Below are positions 1 through 9,652 of a stretch of 64,000 nt of DNA, piece after piece (the stretch's first letter is position 1; each line of letters begins with the position of its first letter). The notes under the pieces were generated by a model. The model was not told the DNA's origin. It was given only the letters and a program-made list of their open reading frames with translations, and did no database searches. Made by a program: the position numbers and the translations under genes. Location of the stretch: contig JAJDOG010000002.1 in NCBI GenBank assembly GCA_022340285.1, forward strand, positions 84,881 through 148,880. Direction: 5' to 3'. This DNA is from Betaproteobacteria bacterium (lineage in GTDB: Bacteria; Pseudomonadota; Gammaproteobacteria; Burkholderiales; SG8-39).

Positions 1-1
1 G

Positions 2-760
2 CCGACCTCCGGACAGGTCCTCGTCGACGGGCACGATATCCTGCGCGAGTACCGCGCCACGCGATCGCGCATCGGGCTGGTGCCGCAGGAACTGCACACG
101 GACATGTTCGAAACGGTGTGGGGTACGGTGCGTTTCAGCCGCGGTCTGTTCGGGCTCGCACCGAACGCCGCGCATCTCGAGAAGGTGCTGCGCGACCTTT
201 CGCTTTGGGAAAAGCGCAACGACAAGATCATGACGCTTTCGGGCGGCATGAAGCGGCGTGTGCTCATTGCCAAGGCGCTTGCCCACGAGCCGCAGATCCT
301 TTTCCTCGACGAACCGACCGCGGGTGTCGACGTCGAGCTGCGCCGCGACATGTGGGCGCTGGTGCGGCGCCTGCGCGCGAGCGGCGTCACCATCATCCTG
401 ACGACTCACTACATCGACGAGGCGGAGGAGATGGCGGATCGGATCGGCGTGGTGAGCCGGGGCGAGCTGATCGTGGTGGAGGAGAAGACGGCCCTCATGA
501 AGAAGCTCGGCAAGAAGCAGCTGACCCTGCATCTCCTCGAGCCCATGACGGCGATCCCTGCGGCGCTGGCCGACTGGAACCTGACTCTGAACAACGGTGG
601 CTGCGACCTGGAATACACCTTCCTCTCGAGCGACGAGGGCAAGGCGATTCCGGCGTTGCTGCGACGGATCGGCGAGCTCGGAATCGGGTACCGGGATCTG
701 AACACCCGGCAGAGCTCGCTCGAGGACATCTTCGTGAGCCTGGTCAGCGAGCGAGCGTGA
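2..760 (+). CDS. ABC transporter ATP-binding protein (ABC-2 exporter type), 5' end outside window
   Basis: The frame stays open back to position 2 (..[28 protein letters not shown]..). It has the ABC signature LSGGMKRR, Walker [13 protein letters not shown] and H-loop TTHY. GTGA overlap with the next gene. Confidence 0.9.
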   Translation, partial: PTSGQVLVDGHDILREYRATRSRIGLVPQELHTDMFETVWGTVRFSRGLFGLAPNAAHLEKVLRDLSLWEKRNDKIMTLSGGMKRRVLIAKALAHEPQILFLDEPTAGVDVELRRDMWALVRRLRASGVTIILTTHYIDEAEEMADRIGVVSRGELIVVEEKTALMKKLGKKQLTLHLLEPMTAIPAALADWNLTLNNGGCDLEYTFLSSDEGKAIPALLRRIGELGIGYRDLNTRQSSLEDIFVSLVSERA

Positions 761-1545
761 GCACGATCACCCACACCCGGGCGTTCAACGGTCGCGGAGT
801 CCTCGCAATCTTCCGCTTCGAGATGGCACGCGCGCGGCGCACCCTGTGGCAGAGCCTGGTCACCCCGGTGATCACCACGTCGCTCTACTTCGTGGTGTTC
901 GGCGCGGCGATCGGCTCGCGCATGAGCGAGGTGGACGGCGTGCCCTACGGCGCGTTCATCGTGCCGGGTCTCATCATGCTGTCGCTGTTTACCGAAAGCC
1001 TGTCGAACTCCTCGTTCGGGATCTACCTCCCGCGCTTCATCGGCACCATCTACGAGATTCTGTCTGCGCCCATCTCGGCATTCGAGATGGTCCTCGGCTA
1101 CGTCGGTGCGGCGGCCGCCAAATCGGTGATCCTGGGTCTTGTCATCCTCGCCACGGCGACGCTTTTCGTTCCGATCCGCATCCTGCACCCGGTGTGGATG
1201 CTCGCATTCCTGGTGCTCACCGCGACGACCTTCAGTCTGTTCGGATTCATCATCGGCATCTGGGCGAAGGGATTCGAGCAGCTGCAGTTCGTGCCGATGC
1301 TGATCATCACGCCGCTCACCTTCCTCGGCGGCGCGTTCTACTCGATCGATATGCTGCCCGGGACCTGGCGCATCTTCAGCCTGTTCAACCCGGTGGTCTA
1401 TCTGATCAGCGGCTTCCGCTGGAGCTTCTATGGCACATCGGACGTGGGCGTTGGGATCAGTCTGGCAGCGACGCTCGGGATCCTCGCCCTGTGCCTCGCC
1501 CTGGTCTGGTGGATCTTTCGGACCGGCTACCGGCTGAAGACCTGA
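757..1545 (+). CDS. ABC-2 family transporter permease
   Basis: GTG at 757 overlaps the ATPase stop codon. The C-terminal 262 aa of ORF 118..1545 are hydrophobic and multi-TM (..FVVFGAAIG.., ..[13 protein letters not shown]..), as in ABC-2 permeases. Confidence 0.85.
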   Translation: MSTITHTRAFNGRGVLAIFRFEMARARRTLWQSLVTPVITTSLYFVVFGAAIGSRMSEVDGVPYGAFIVPGLIMLSLFTESLSNSSFGIYLPRFIGTIYEILSAPISAFEMVLGYVGAAAAKSVILGLVILATATLFVPIRILHPVWMLAFLVLTATTFSLFGFIIGIWAKGFEQLQFVPMLIITPLTFLGGAFYSIDMLPGTWRIFSLFNPVVYLISGFRWSFYGTSDVGVGISLAATLGILALCLALVWWIFRTGYRLKT

Positions 1546-1575
1546 GCGGCCGGATCGGCCCTGTCGATTCCGGGG

Positions 1576-1695
1576 ACCGCCGATCGACTAGGGGGCAAGA
1601 TCCACGTCGAAGAACAGGAGGTGCCCGGCATGAGCGCGTTTTGTCTCTTCACGGATCCCGAGGGACGCATGATGGGCTTGTGGAAGTCGAAGTAA
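1576..1695 (+). pseudogene. C-terminal remnant of a VOC/glyoxalase-family gene
   Basis: Downstream of the permease TGA and in the same frame: ..GGKIHVEEQEVPGMSAFCLFTDPEGRMMGLWKSK*. This matches the last beta-strands of glyoxalase/VOC proteins. There is no start codon and no N-terminal domain. Confidence 0.5.
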
Positions 1696-1723
1696 CGAAG
1701 GGGAACCTCAACCGGAGCTCGCA

Positions 1724-2095
1724 ATGAAATATCTCTGCCTCGCCTACTATGACGAGAAGGCATTCGAGGCGATGTCGAAGCCCGAGGTGGAGGCGCTCGT
1801 GAGCCAGTGTCCGCCGCACGATGCAGCGCTGCGCGCGAGCGGTCACCTGATCGTGCAGGCCTCGCTCGGAGCCAGCCGGGAGTCGATGTGCCTGCGCCCC
1901 CGAAGTGGCAAGGTCTCGATCACGGACGGACCGTTCGCCGAGACGAAGGAGCTGGTGGGCGGGTTCTTCATCATCGAGGCGAAAGACCTGAACGAGGCGA
2001 TCCGGGTCGCCTCCATGCACCCCGCGGCGCATCTCGGCGAGACGGTCGGCTGGGGCATCGAGGTCCGCCCGGTCGAATTCTTCCAGCAGGAGTAG
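1724..2095 (+). CDS. YciI-like (DGPF) family protein
   Basis: 123 aa. It has DGPFAETKELVGGFFIIEA, the hallmark YciI/DGPF motif. Confidence 0.8.
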   Translation: MKYLCLAYYDEKAFEAMSKPEVEALVSQCPPHDAALRASGHLIVQASLGASRESMCLRPRSGKVSITDGPFAETKELVGGFFIIEAKDLNEAIRVASMHPAAHLGETVGWGIEVRPVEFFQQE

Positions 2096-2196
2096 GCCGC
2101 GGCGATGTCGATTCGGCGGAAGGCCAATCGACCATTGCGCAGAGGCCGGCTCGCATCGATCCGGCACGACCCGAAACCTCGTCAGGAGACACGCAA

Positions 2197-2616
2197 ATGC
2201 GATTCATGATCATCGTCAAAGCCACCAAGGATTCCGAGGCGGGCGTGATGCCCGAGGAGAAGCTCATTGCCGAGATGGCGTCCTATCACGAGGAGCTGGC
2301 GAAGGCCGGCATGCTGCTCGACGCCTCCGGGCTTCAGTCGAGCGCCAAGGGATGGCGAATCAAGTACTCCGGTGCGAAGGGCACCTTCGTCGACGGCCCG
2401 TTCACCGAGACGAAAGAGCTCGTCGCCGGCTACACCCTCATCCAGGCGAGGTCGCGGGAAGAGGCCATCGAGTGGACGAAGCGCTTTCCCAATCCCGCGG
2501 TCGACGGAAAGGAAGGCGAGATCGAAGTGCGCCAGGTCTTCGAGCTCGAGGACTTCGGTCCGAGCGACGCAATCGAGCGCTTCCGCGACATGGGCGTTAG
2601 CGGCGCGAAGAAGTGA
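2197..2616 (+). CDS. YciI-like (DGPF) family protein, second paralogue
   Basis: ATG at 2197 preceded by AGGAGA. It has DGPFTETKELVAGYTLIQA. The upstream part of ORF 1807..2616 is an arginine-rich GC artefact. Confidence 0.8.
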   Translation: MRFMIIVKATKDSEAGVMPEEKLIAEMASYHEELAKAGMLLDASGLQSSAKGWRIKYSGAKGTFVDGPFTETKELVAGYTLIQARSREEAIEWTKRFPNPAVDGKEGEIEVRQVFELEDFGPSDAIERFRDMGVSGAKK

Positions 2617-2699
2617 TCACGAACCACCCCGCCCGCTACGCGGGCACCCCTCCTTGAAAAGGAGGGGATAGAAAACAATCTCAGCTCATAGGAGACACG

Positions 2700-3113
2700 A
2701 TGCAAGTCCAGCCCTACCTGTTCTTCGACGGCCGCTGCGAGGAAGCGCTCGAGTTCTACAAGAAGACGCTTGGCGCCGAGGTCGAGATGCTCATGCGATT
2801 CAAGGAGAGCCCCGAACCGCATCAACCGGGGATGATTCCGCCGGGCTCCGGGGAAAAGGTGATGCACGCGGCCCTGCGCATCGGGGAGGCAACGGTCATG
2901 GCCTCCGACGGCCGATGCATGGGTCACCCGAGCTTCCAGGGTTTCGCGCTATCGGTGAACGCGCGCGATGGCGCCGAAGCCGAGCGCCTGTTCGCGGGGC
3001 TCGCCGAGGGCGGTCAGGTTCAGATGCCGCTCGCCAAGACCTTCTTCTCTCCGAGCTTCGGCATGGTCGCCGACCGCTTCGGCGTGTCCTGGATGGTCAT
3101 CGTGGCGCAGTAG
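2700..3113 (+). CDS. VOC family protein (PhnB/YjdN-like glyoxalase fold)
   Basis: 137 aa. MQVQPYLFFDGRCEEALEFYKKTLGAEV.. and ..FSPSFGMVADRFGVSWMV are typical of the PhnB-like family. AGGAGA ribosome-binding site. Confidence 0.8.
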   Translation: MQVQPYLFFDGRCEEALEFYKKTLGAEVEMLMRFKESPEPHQPGMIPPGSGEKVMHAALRIGEATVMASDGRCMGHPSFQGFALSVNARDGAEAERLFAGLAEGGQVQMPLAKTFFSPSFGMVADRFGVSWMVIVAQ

Positions 3114-3120
3114 CCCGGGC

Positions 3121-4110
3121 CTAGCGCGGCGTGAGGATCATCTTGCCCTGCACGCCGCGCTCGACGAACCGGGCCAGCGCATCGGCAAACTTCTCGAGCG
3201 GGTAGCGCGCGCTCACGTGCGGCTTGAGCTTTCCCGCTTCGTAGAGGGCATAGAGCTCCGTCTGGACCCGCTGCACCCACTCGGGATCGCGCTCGCGGTA
3301 ATCGGCCCATTGCAGGCCGACGACGGAGATGTTCTTGACCAGCAGGTAGTTCGCCTTCACCTCGGGAATGCGCCCTGCGGCAAAGCCCACCACCACCAGC
3401 CGCCCGCACCAGGCGAGCGCACGAAGGGCGCCGTCGAAGGCGTCGCCGCCGACATTGTCGAGCACGATGTCGACGCCGCGCTTGCCGATCGCCGCGTAAA
3501 CCTGCTCGCGGAGGCTGTTCCGCAGGTCGGGGGCGGTGAGGTCGATCACATGGTCCGCGCCGTGGGTCTTGCAGAATTCGCCCTTCTCGGGACTCGTCAC
3601 GCCAGCGAGCACGGTTGCGCCGAGCGCCTTTGCAATCTCGACGCCCGCCAGCCCGACGCCGCCCGACGCGCCGGTGACCAGCACGGTTTCGCCCTTCCTG
3701 TAGGCGGCGCGGTCGACGAGCGCGAAATGGGAAGTCTGGTAGGCGAGCCCCAGCGCGGCGCCCTCCTCGAAAGACATCGCGGGCGGCATGACGTAGCAGG
3801 TCGCCTCGGGCGATACGACCTTTTCCCGATAGGTGCCGTACTCGCGCTGTGCCATCACGCGGTCGCCAACCTTGATGCGCGTCACACCCTTGCCCACCGC
3901 GCTCACCACGCCGGAAACTTCCTTGCCGGGACTGAACGGCCGCGGCGGCAGCACCTGGTACTTACCCTCGATGACGAGCATGTCGGGGTAGTTGACGCCG
4001 ATGGCGCGTGCGTCGATCAGCACCTCCCCCGGCCCGGGCACCGGATCGGGTAGCGTCTCGACGCGTTGATCTCGAACGGGGCCGTGCTCGTGGACGATCA
4101 CCGCGCGCAT
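3121..4110 (-). CDS. NADPH:quinone oxidoreductase / MDR-family zinc-independent dehydrogenase
   Basis: 329 aa with the nucleotide-binding motif VLVTGASGGVGLAGVEIAKALGA and an MDR N-terminal (GEVLIDARAIGVNYPD). Confidence 0.85.
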   Translation of the reverse strand: MRAVIVHEHGPVRDQRVETLPDPVPGPGEVLIDARAIGVNYPDMLVIEGKYQVLPPRPFSPGKEVSGVVSAVGKGVTRIKVGDRVMAQREYGTYREKVVSPEATCYVMPPAMSFEEGAALGLAYQTSHFALVDRAAYRKGETVLVTGASGGVGLAGVEIAKALGATVLAGVTSPEKGEFCKTHGADHVIDLTAPDLRNSLREQVYAAIGKRGVDIVLDNVGGDAFDGALRALAWCGRLVVVGFAAGRIPEVKANYLLVKNISVVGLQWADYRERDPEWVQRVQTELYALYEAGKLKPHVSARYPLEKFADALARFVERGVQGKMILTPR

Positions 4111-4116
4111 CGCGCG

Positions 4117-5235
4117 TCAGCCCTTCTTGTCGAGGAGATCGTTGTCGGCGCCGAGGCGCGGATAGCCGGCCGATCCAGGTGCGCGAAAGTGCTCCGCGAC
4201 CGGCACCGGAACAGCGGTGAACTCGCCTGCGTCGGTGACCACCTTGTGCGTGAAGAGCCCACGCGCACGGAAATGCGGGCTCTCCACGGCCTCCTTCACG
4301 CTGCTCACGATGACGCAGCAGAGATCCTTGCCCTCAAAAGCCGCGCGCCATTCGGCGGAGGTCTTCGCGGCGATGCGTTCTGCAATGGCGCGCTTGGTGG
4401 CCTCCGGATCGCGCCGGTCGTCGGTGTACTCGCGAGGCAGGTCGACCGTGGTGCAGAAGTTCTCCCAGAAGCGCTGCTCGAGCGGCGCCGCCGCGACGAA
4501 CCGACCGTCGGCGGTGCGGTAGATCTGGTAGCGCGGACTGCCGCCTGCCACGAGCCCCGTCGCCGGACCCGGCCATTTCCCGGTGACCTCGCCTTCGCCG
4601 AGCGCCCAGTACATGAAGGTGAAGAGGTTGTCGCTCATGGAGACGTCGAGGCGGCAGCCGACACCGTCACGGTCGCGCTGGCGGAGCCCGAGCAGGATGT
4701 TCATCACCGCGGGGTAGGCGCCGCCTGCGATGTCCGCGATGAGCGCAGGGGGCACCACCGGCGCGCCGTCGGCGCCGGCGGCGAGCGAAAGCATGCCCGA
4801 CTCGGCGAGATAGTTGAGGTCGTGCGCCGCGACCTGGGCGCGCGGACCGTCCGGGCCATAGCCGGTGATGGCACAGTAGATGATGCGCGGGTTGATCGTC
4901 TTCAAGGCGTCGTAGCCGAGACCGAGCCGATCCATCACCCCGGGGCGGAACTGCTCGACGACGACGTCTGCTTCGCGAATCAGCGGCGTCAGCCTGCGGA
5001 TCGCGGCCGGATCCTTGAGATCGATGGCGATCGAGCGCTTGCCGCGATTGAGGAGCGCGAAGTTCACGCTGTCGGGCCCGACGCGCGGCTGGTAGATGCG
5101 GAGCTCGTCGCCCATGCCGGGCCGCTCGATCTTGATCACCTCCGCGCCGGCCTCCGCAAGGAGGAGGGTGCAGAGCGGGCCGGGGAGAAGGGTGCTGAAA
5201 TCGAGCACCTTGATGCCTGCGAGGGGTCGGTTCAT
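4117..5235 (-). CDS. Family III CoA-transferase (CaiB/BaiF type)
   Basis: The ATG at 5235 gives 372 aa. The N-terminal GIKVLDFSTLLPGPLCTLLLAEAGAEVIKIE is typical of the family. The rest of the 715-aa ORF is out-of-frame read-through of the next gene. Confidence 0.9.
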   Translation of the reverse strand: MNRPLAGIKVLDFSTLLPGPLCTLLLAEAGAEVIKIERPGMGDELRIYQPRVGPDSVNFALLNRGKRSIAIDLKDPAAIRRLTPLIREADVVVEQFRPGVMDRLGLGYDALKTINPRIIYCAITGYGPDGPRAQVAAHDLNYLAESGMLSLAAGADGAPVVPPALIADIAGGAYPAVMNILLGLRQRDRDGVGCRLDVSMSDNLFTFMYWALGEGEVTGKWPGPATGLVAGGSPRYQIYRTADGRFVAAAPLEQRFWENFCTTVDLPREYTDDRRDPEATKRAIAERIAAKTSAEWRAAFEGKDLCCVIVSSVKEAVESPHFRARGLFTHKVVTDAGEFTAVPVPVAEHFRAPGSAGYPRLGADNDLLDKKG

Positions 5236-6401
5236 TGCTTGGAGAGGAAGCTGCGGCCAATGAGTTGACGATGGATCTGGTTGGTGCCCTCCCAGATCTG
5301 CGTGATCTTCGCGTCGCGCATCAGGCGCTCGACGCGATAGTCCTTGCAGTAGCCGTAGCCGCCGTGCAGCTGCACCGCCTCGGTCGCGATGCGCATCGCG
5401 AGGTCGGAGGCGCGCAGCTTGAGCATCGAGGCCTCGATGCCGATGTCGTGCGCGCCGCCATCGACCAGTCGCGCGACGTGCCACAGCCAAGCCTCGCACT
5501 GGGCGAGCTCGGCGGCGAGGTCCGCAAGCAGAAACTGGATGCCCTGGAACTCGGCGATCCGGCGGCCCGACTGCCGTCGCTCGTTGATGTAGGCCACCGC
5601 ATCGCCGAAGGCGGCGCGGGCGATGCCCAGGGCGTGCGCGGCCACGCTCGGCCGCGACTTGTTGAGCGAGGCGAGCAGGAGCGAGAGGCCGTCGCCCGGC
5701 TTGCCCAGCAGGTTCGCGCGCGGCACCCGGCAGCCGTCGAAGGCGAGGGCGGCGGTGCTCGACGCGCGAATGCCCATCTTGTCCTCGGTGCGCAGCACGG
5801 TGAAGCCCGGCGTACCCTTCTCGAAGATGAGCGCCGAGATCGCCTTGCGATCGTCGTCGATCCCGCTCCACTTGCCGAAGAGCAGGTAGAGGTCGGCGAC
5901 GTCGCCGCTGGTAATGAAGGTCTTGCCGCCGTCGACGACGATCGAATCGCCGTCGGCCGTGAAGCGCGTCTTCATGCCGGTCGCGTCCGAGCCCGCCGTG
6001 GGCTCGGTGATGGCGAGCGAAACGAGGCCGCCCTGCGCGATGCGGGGCAGAAGCCGCTGCTTCTGCTCCTCGGTGCCGAAATCCACCAGCGGCTTGATGC
6101 CATGGAAGTTCGTCGCCCAGATGACGCCGGTGGAAGCGCAAGCGCTGCTGATCTCGCGCACGCACGCAAGGTAGGCCGCGTAGGAGAGCGGCGCGCCGCC
6201 GTAGGCCTCGGGGATGAACATCGCATTCAGGCCGAGCCGGTTGATGGCCTTGACGTTCTCCCACGGAAACTCGGCGTCGCGGTCGTAGCGCTCGGCACGC
6301 GGTGCGATCTCGTCGCGCGCCAGCGCGCGCACGCTATCGACGAGTAAGCGCTCCTCCTCGGCCAGCGCGAGCGTCGCGTCGAGTCTTTCGAATACGTCCA
6401 T
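5232..6401 (-). CDS. Acyl-CoA dehydrogenase
   Basis: 389 aa with ITEPTAGSD, QLHGGYGY and IWEGTNQI motifs. ATGA overlap with the CoA-transferase gene. Confidence 0.95.
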   Translation of the reverse strand: MDVFERLDATLALAEEERLLVDSVRALARDEIAPRAERYDRDAEFPWENVKAINRLGLNAMFIPEAYGGAPLSYAAYLACVREISSACASTGVIWATNFHGIKPLVDFGTEEQKQRLLPRIAQGGLVSLAITEPTAGSDATGMKTRFTADGDSIVVDGGKTFITSGDVADLYLLFGKWSGIDDDRKAISALIFEKGTPGFTVLRTEDKMGIRASSTAALAFDGCRVPRANLLGKPGDGLSLLLASLNKSRPSVAAHALGIARAAFGDAVAYINERRQSGRRIAEFQGIQFLLADLAAELAQCEAWLWHVARLVDGGAHDIGIEASMLKLRASDLAMRIATEAVQLHGGYGYCKDYRVERLMRDAKITQIWEGTNQIHRQLIGRSFLSKQ

Positions 6402-7144
6402 CAGTGCGCCATCCCCTGGCCGCCGTCTAGGTAGATGGTCGCGCCGGTAAAGAAGGGGATGTCCTCACGGAAGAGCGAGGCGACCATGCGCGCCACGTCT
6501 TGCGCGCCGCCGGGCCCGCCAGTCGGCACGCGCGCTTCGAGAAACGTCCCCAGTTTGCCCTGCATGGCCTCGGCATTCAGCTCTGTGGCAATGTAGCCGG
6601 GGGCAACGTCGAGGACGCGGATCTTCTTCGGCGCCCACTCGACCGCGAGGCAGCGCGTGATGGCGCCCACGGCTGCCTTGGAGGCGCAGTAGGCCAGATT
6701 GCGCTTGACCCCCAGCTTGTCGAAGAACGAGCCGATGTTGACGATGGTGCCGCCGCGCGACTCGAGGTGCGGATAGACCTCGCGGCACGCGACGAACACG
6801 GCGCGCGCATTCGTGTCCATCACCTGATCGAAGACACCTGTCGCCAGCTCGGCCGACTTGCCATCGAGGTGGATGCCGGCGTTGTTGACCAATCCGTCGA
6901 TGCTGCCCGCGCGCGCGGCCAGCGCCGCAAAGGCGTTTCGCAGCGAGGACTCATCGGTCACGTCGCACGCGAAGTTCAGCGTGCGCCCGGCGATCGCATC
7001 GTCGACCGAGGTGGACTCGACGCCGATCCCCTTGCGGGTCAGGCAGCCGACGGTGTACCCGCGCCGGGCAAGCTCGAGCGCAATCGCAGCGCCGATGCCG
7101 CGGCTCGCGCCCGTGACTGCAATGACCCCCAGCGTAGCCGCCAC
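6401..7144 (-). CDS. SDR-family oxidoreductase (BadH-like hydroxyacyl-CoA dehydrogenase candidate)
   Basis: 247 aa with TGASRGIG (cofactor binding), NNAG and catalytic YCASKAA. Confidence 0.9.
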   Translation of the reverse strand: MAATLGVIAVTGASRGIGAAIALELARRGYTVGCLTRKGIGVESTSVDDAIAGRTLNFACDVTDESSLRNAFAALAARAGSIDGLVNNAGIHLDGKSAELATGVFDQVMDTNARAVFVACREVYPHLESRGGTIVNIGSFFDKLGVKRNLAYCASKAAVGAITRCLAVEWAPKKIRVLDVAPGYIATELNAEAMQGKLGTFLEARVPTGGPGGAQDVARMVASLFREDIPFFTGATIYLDGGQGMAH

Positions 7145-7145
7145 G

Positions 7146-7913
7146 TCAGCGATCCTTGAAGGCCGGCTTGCGCTTTGCCACGAACGCGGCGGTGCCCTCG
7201 GTCGCGTCGTCGGTCTGAAAGGCGAGCGTGGAAAGATCGGCCTCGATCTTCAGGCCCTCGTGGATCGGCGTGTCCTGCGCGCGCATCACGGCCTCCCGAG
7301 CGAGACCGAGCACCGGCAGGCTGTAGCCGGAGAATTCGCGCGCGAAGGCAATGCCCTGCGCAACCGGATCGCCCTCGACGAGCCGGCTGGCGAGCCCCCA
7401 AGCAACGGCAGTCTGCGCGTCGATCGCCTTGCCCGTGAGGATCATCTCGAGCGCGCGGGTTTCGCCGATCACCCGCGGAAGTCGCTGGGTCCCGCCGTAG
7501 CCGGGAATCAGCCCGAGCTTGATCTCCGGGAGCGCAACCTTCGCGTTGGGCGTGACGAGCCGGAACGTACATGCCAGTGCGAGCTCGAGCCCGCCGCCGA
7601 ATGCATAGCCGTTGACGATCGCCACCGAGGGAATGGGGAGGCGCTCGAGTTTCGCCATGACGGCCTGTCCTCGCTCGGCGCCGCGCTTGGTCTGGATCAT
7701 CGAGCGGCCGGCGAGCTCGCCGATGTCGGCGCCCGCGCAGAATGCCTTCTCGCCTGCGCCGGTGACGAGCAGCGTGCGGGCGTCGCTTGCCGCCACTTCG
7801 TCGATTGCGGCCGACAGATCCTCCACCAGCTGGAACGAGAGGGCGTTGTGCGCTGCCGGACGATTCAGCCGGATGAGCGCGAATTCCTCGATGCGCGAGA
7901 GTTCGATAGCCAC
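7146..7913 (-). CDS. Enoyl-CoA hydratase/isomerase (crotonase)
   Basis: 255 aa with LVTGAGEKAFCAGADI and NGYAFGGGLELALAC. Confidence 0.9.
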   Translation of the reverse strand: MAIELSRIEEFALIRLNRPAAHNALSFQLVEDLSAAIDEVAASDARTLLVTGAGEKAFCAGADIGELAGRSMIQTKRGAERGQAVMAKLERLPIPSVAIVNGYAFGGGLELALACTFRLVTPNAKVALPEIKLGLIPGYGGTQRLPRVIGETRALEMILTGKAIDAQTAVAWGLASRLVEGDPVAQGIAFAREFSGYSLPVLGLAREAVMRAQDTPIHEGLKIEADLSTLAFQTDDATEGTAAFVAKRKPAFKDR

Positions 7914-7926
7914 GTCGGGACTCCTG

Positions 7927-9600
7927 TCAGTGTTCCTTCTCGGGATCGGTCCAGCGTATTGGCTCCGGAGCGATGCGCCCGCTCTTCACCCATTCGACCA
8001 GCTCGCGCTTGAGGATCTTGCCGCTCGCGGTCAGGGGAAAAGCGTCCAACGATATGAAGAATTCGGGCATGTCGTACTTCGACAAGCCGACGGCATGGAG
8101 ATGATCGAGCATCCCCTCGCCGTGTACCCGCTCGCCTTCGCGACAGATTACCGCGAGGCAGGCCTTCTCGCCGAGGCGCGCGTCCGGCACGCCGAACGCG
8201 GCGGCCTTTTGCACGGCGGCGTGCCGGTGCGCCAGATCCTCGATCCGCGCAGGGTGGATGTTGTGGCCGCCGCGGATGATCAGGTCCTTCTTTCGCCCGA
8301 CGATGCGCAGGCAGCCGCGCTCGTCGAGCGTGCCGAGGTCCCCCGACATGAACCATCCGTCGCGGTTGAACGACTCTTCGGTCGTGACCTGGTTGTCGAA
8401 GTAGCCCAGCATGAGGAGCGCGCCGCGCGTGCCGATCTCGCCGACCGTGCCCGGCGGCACCTCGATATCGGGGTTCTCCTGACTGAAGATGCGCGTTTCG
8501 TAGCCGCGGCACGCGCGCCCGCAGGTCTCCACGATCGTCGCCGCGTCGTCAGTGGGCAGGGTGTACTGGTGCGAGCCGTTCTCGGTCATGCCGTAGATGT
8601 TCTGCGGCGTGATCCCCATGTCGAGAAACGTCCGCGCCACCTCGCGCGGGATCGGCGCGCCGGCCATGTAAAAGAGGCGCACGGCGCCGAGCCGCTCCAT
8701 GCCGCGACGCTTCACCTCGGCGAGCAGGTCGATGGCGTGCGTGGGAACGCCCATGATGTAGGTCGCGCCGGTCTCGACTGCCCAGTCGATAGGTTGCTTG
8801 CCCGCCGGGGGATCGTTGACGACGAGCTCGAAGCCGGCGGCCATCATCTGCTCGACCGCCACGGTGCCGATGTGGTGGCTCATCGGACTAAGACTGAGCA
8901 GGATGGTCGAGTGATCGTGGTGCCAGTCCCCGACCATTGCGCGACCGTTGGCGAGGAGGGTGTTGTGCGAGTGCATGACGCCCTTCGGCGCGCCCGTGGT
9001 GCCCGAAGTGAAAGCCAGGTAGACGATGCGATCCGGGTCTTCGTCGGGGACAATCGACGATCCGGCGGACGAGCCGCGCGCGGGAAACGGGAGCACCCGC
9101 GAATCGATGCCGGCCGGCCCATCCGCGCCGAAAACCGCCTTCATGTGCGGCAACGCCTCCGCGGCCGCGACGATGTCCGCGCGCTCGGGGTCTGCGCCGT
9201 AGCCCGCATGGGTGAACAGCGCCGCCGCGCGCGTGCGCTCGAGGAGCTGCGTGATCTCGGCAACGGTGTAATTCTGGTGCAGAGACGGATTGCAGACGTA
9301 CCCGTTGCGCGCGCAGGCAAGCAGCGCGACCACGCTCTCCGCCCGCGACGGCAGCCACACCGCCACGCGTTGACCGCGACGCACGCCGACCTGGTGCAAC
9401 TGTTCCGCGACGCAGTCCACCCACTCTATGAGCTCGCGCCAGGCTAGCCGCACCCGCGAATCGCGCAGCGCCGGCGCGTCCGGACGCGCCTCTGCATGCT
9501 GCCGCAGGAGCGTGTACAGCGTGTCCTTGCGCCAGACACCGTCGGCGTAATAGCGCTCCGCTTCGCGCGGATTGAGCAGCGTTAGGACGGTGTTGACCAT
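7927..9600 (-). CDS. AMP-dependent acyl-CoA synthetase/ligase (AliA-like)
   Basis: 557 aa with the AMP-binding motif LAFTSGTTGAPKGV, plus YGMTE and GRKKDLIIRGGHNIHP. Confidence 0.9.
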   Translation of the reverse strand: MVNTVLTLLNPREAERYYADGVWRKDTLYTLLRQHAEARPDAPALRDSRVRLAWRELIEWVDCVAEQLHQVGVRRGQRVAVWLPSRAESVVALLACARNGYVCNPSLHQNYTVAEITQLLERTRAAALFTHAGYGADPERADIVAAAEALPHMKAVFGADGPAGIDSRVLPFPARGSSAGSSIVPDEDPDRIVYLAFTSGTTGAPKGVMHSHNTLLANGRAMVGDWHHDHSTILLSLSPMSHHIGTVAVEQMMAAGFELVVNDPPAGKQPIDWAVETGATYIMGVPTHAIDLLAEVKRRGMERLGAVRLFYMAGAPIPREVARTFLDMGITPQNIYGMTENGSHQYTLPTDDAATIVETCGRACRGYETRIFSQENPDIEVPPGTVGEIGTRGALLMLGYFDNQVTTEESFNRDGWFMSGDLGTLDERGCLRIVGRKKDLIIRGGHNIHPARIEDLAHRHAAVQKAAAFGVPDARLGEKACLAVICREGERVHGEGMLDHLHAVGLSKYDMPEFFISLDAFPLTASGKILKRELVEWVKSGRIAPEPIRWTDPEKEH

Positions 9601-9652
9601 ACACAGACTCGTGAGATACCGGACACGCGGGCCAAGCCGTGCTGAGTTATGT

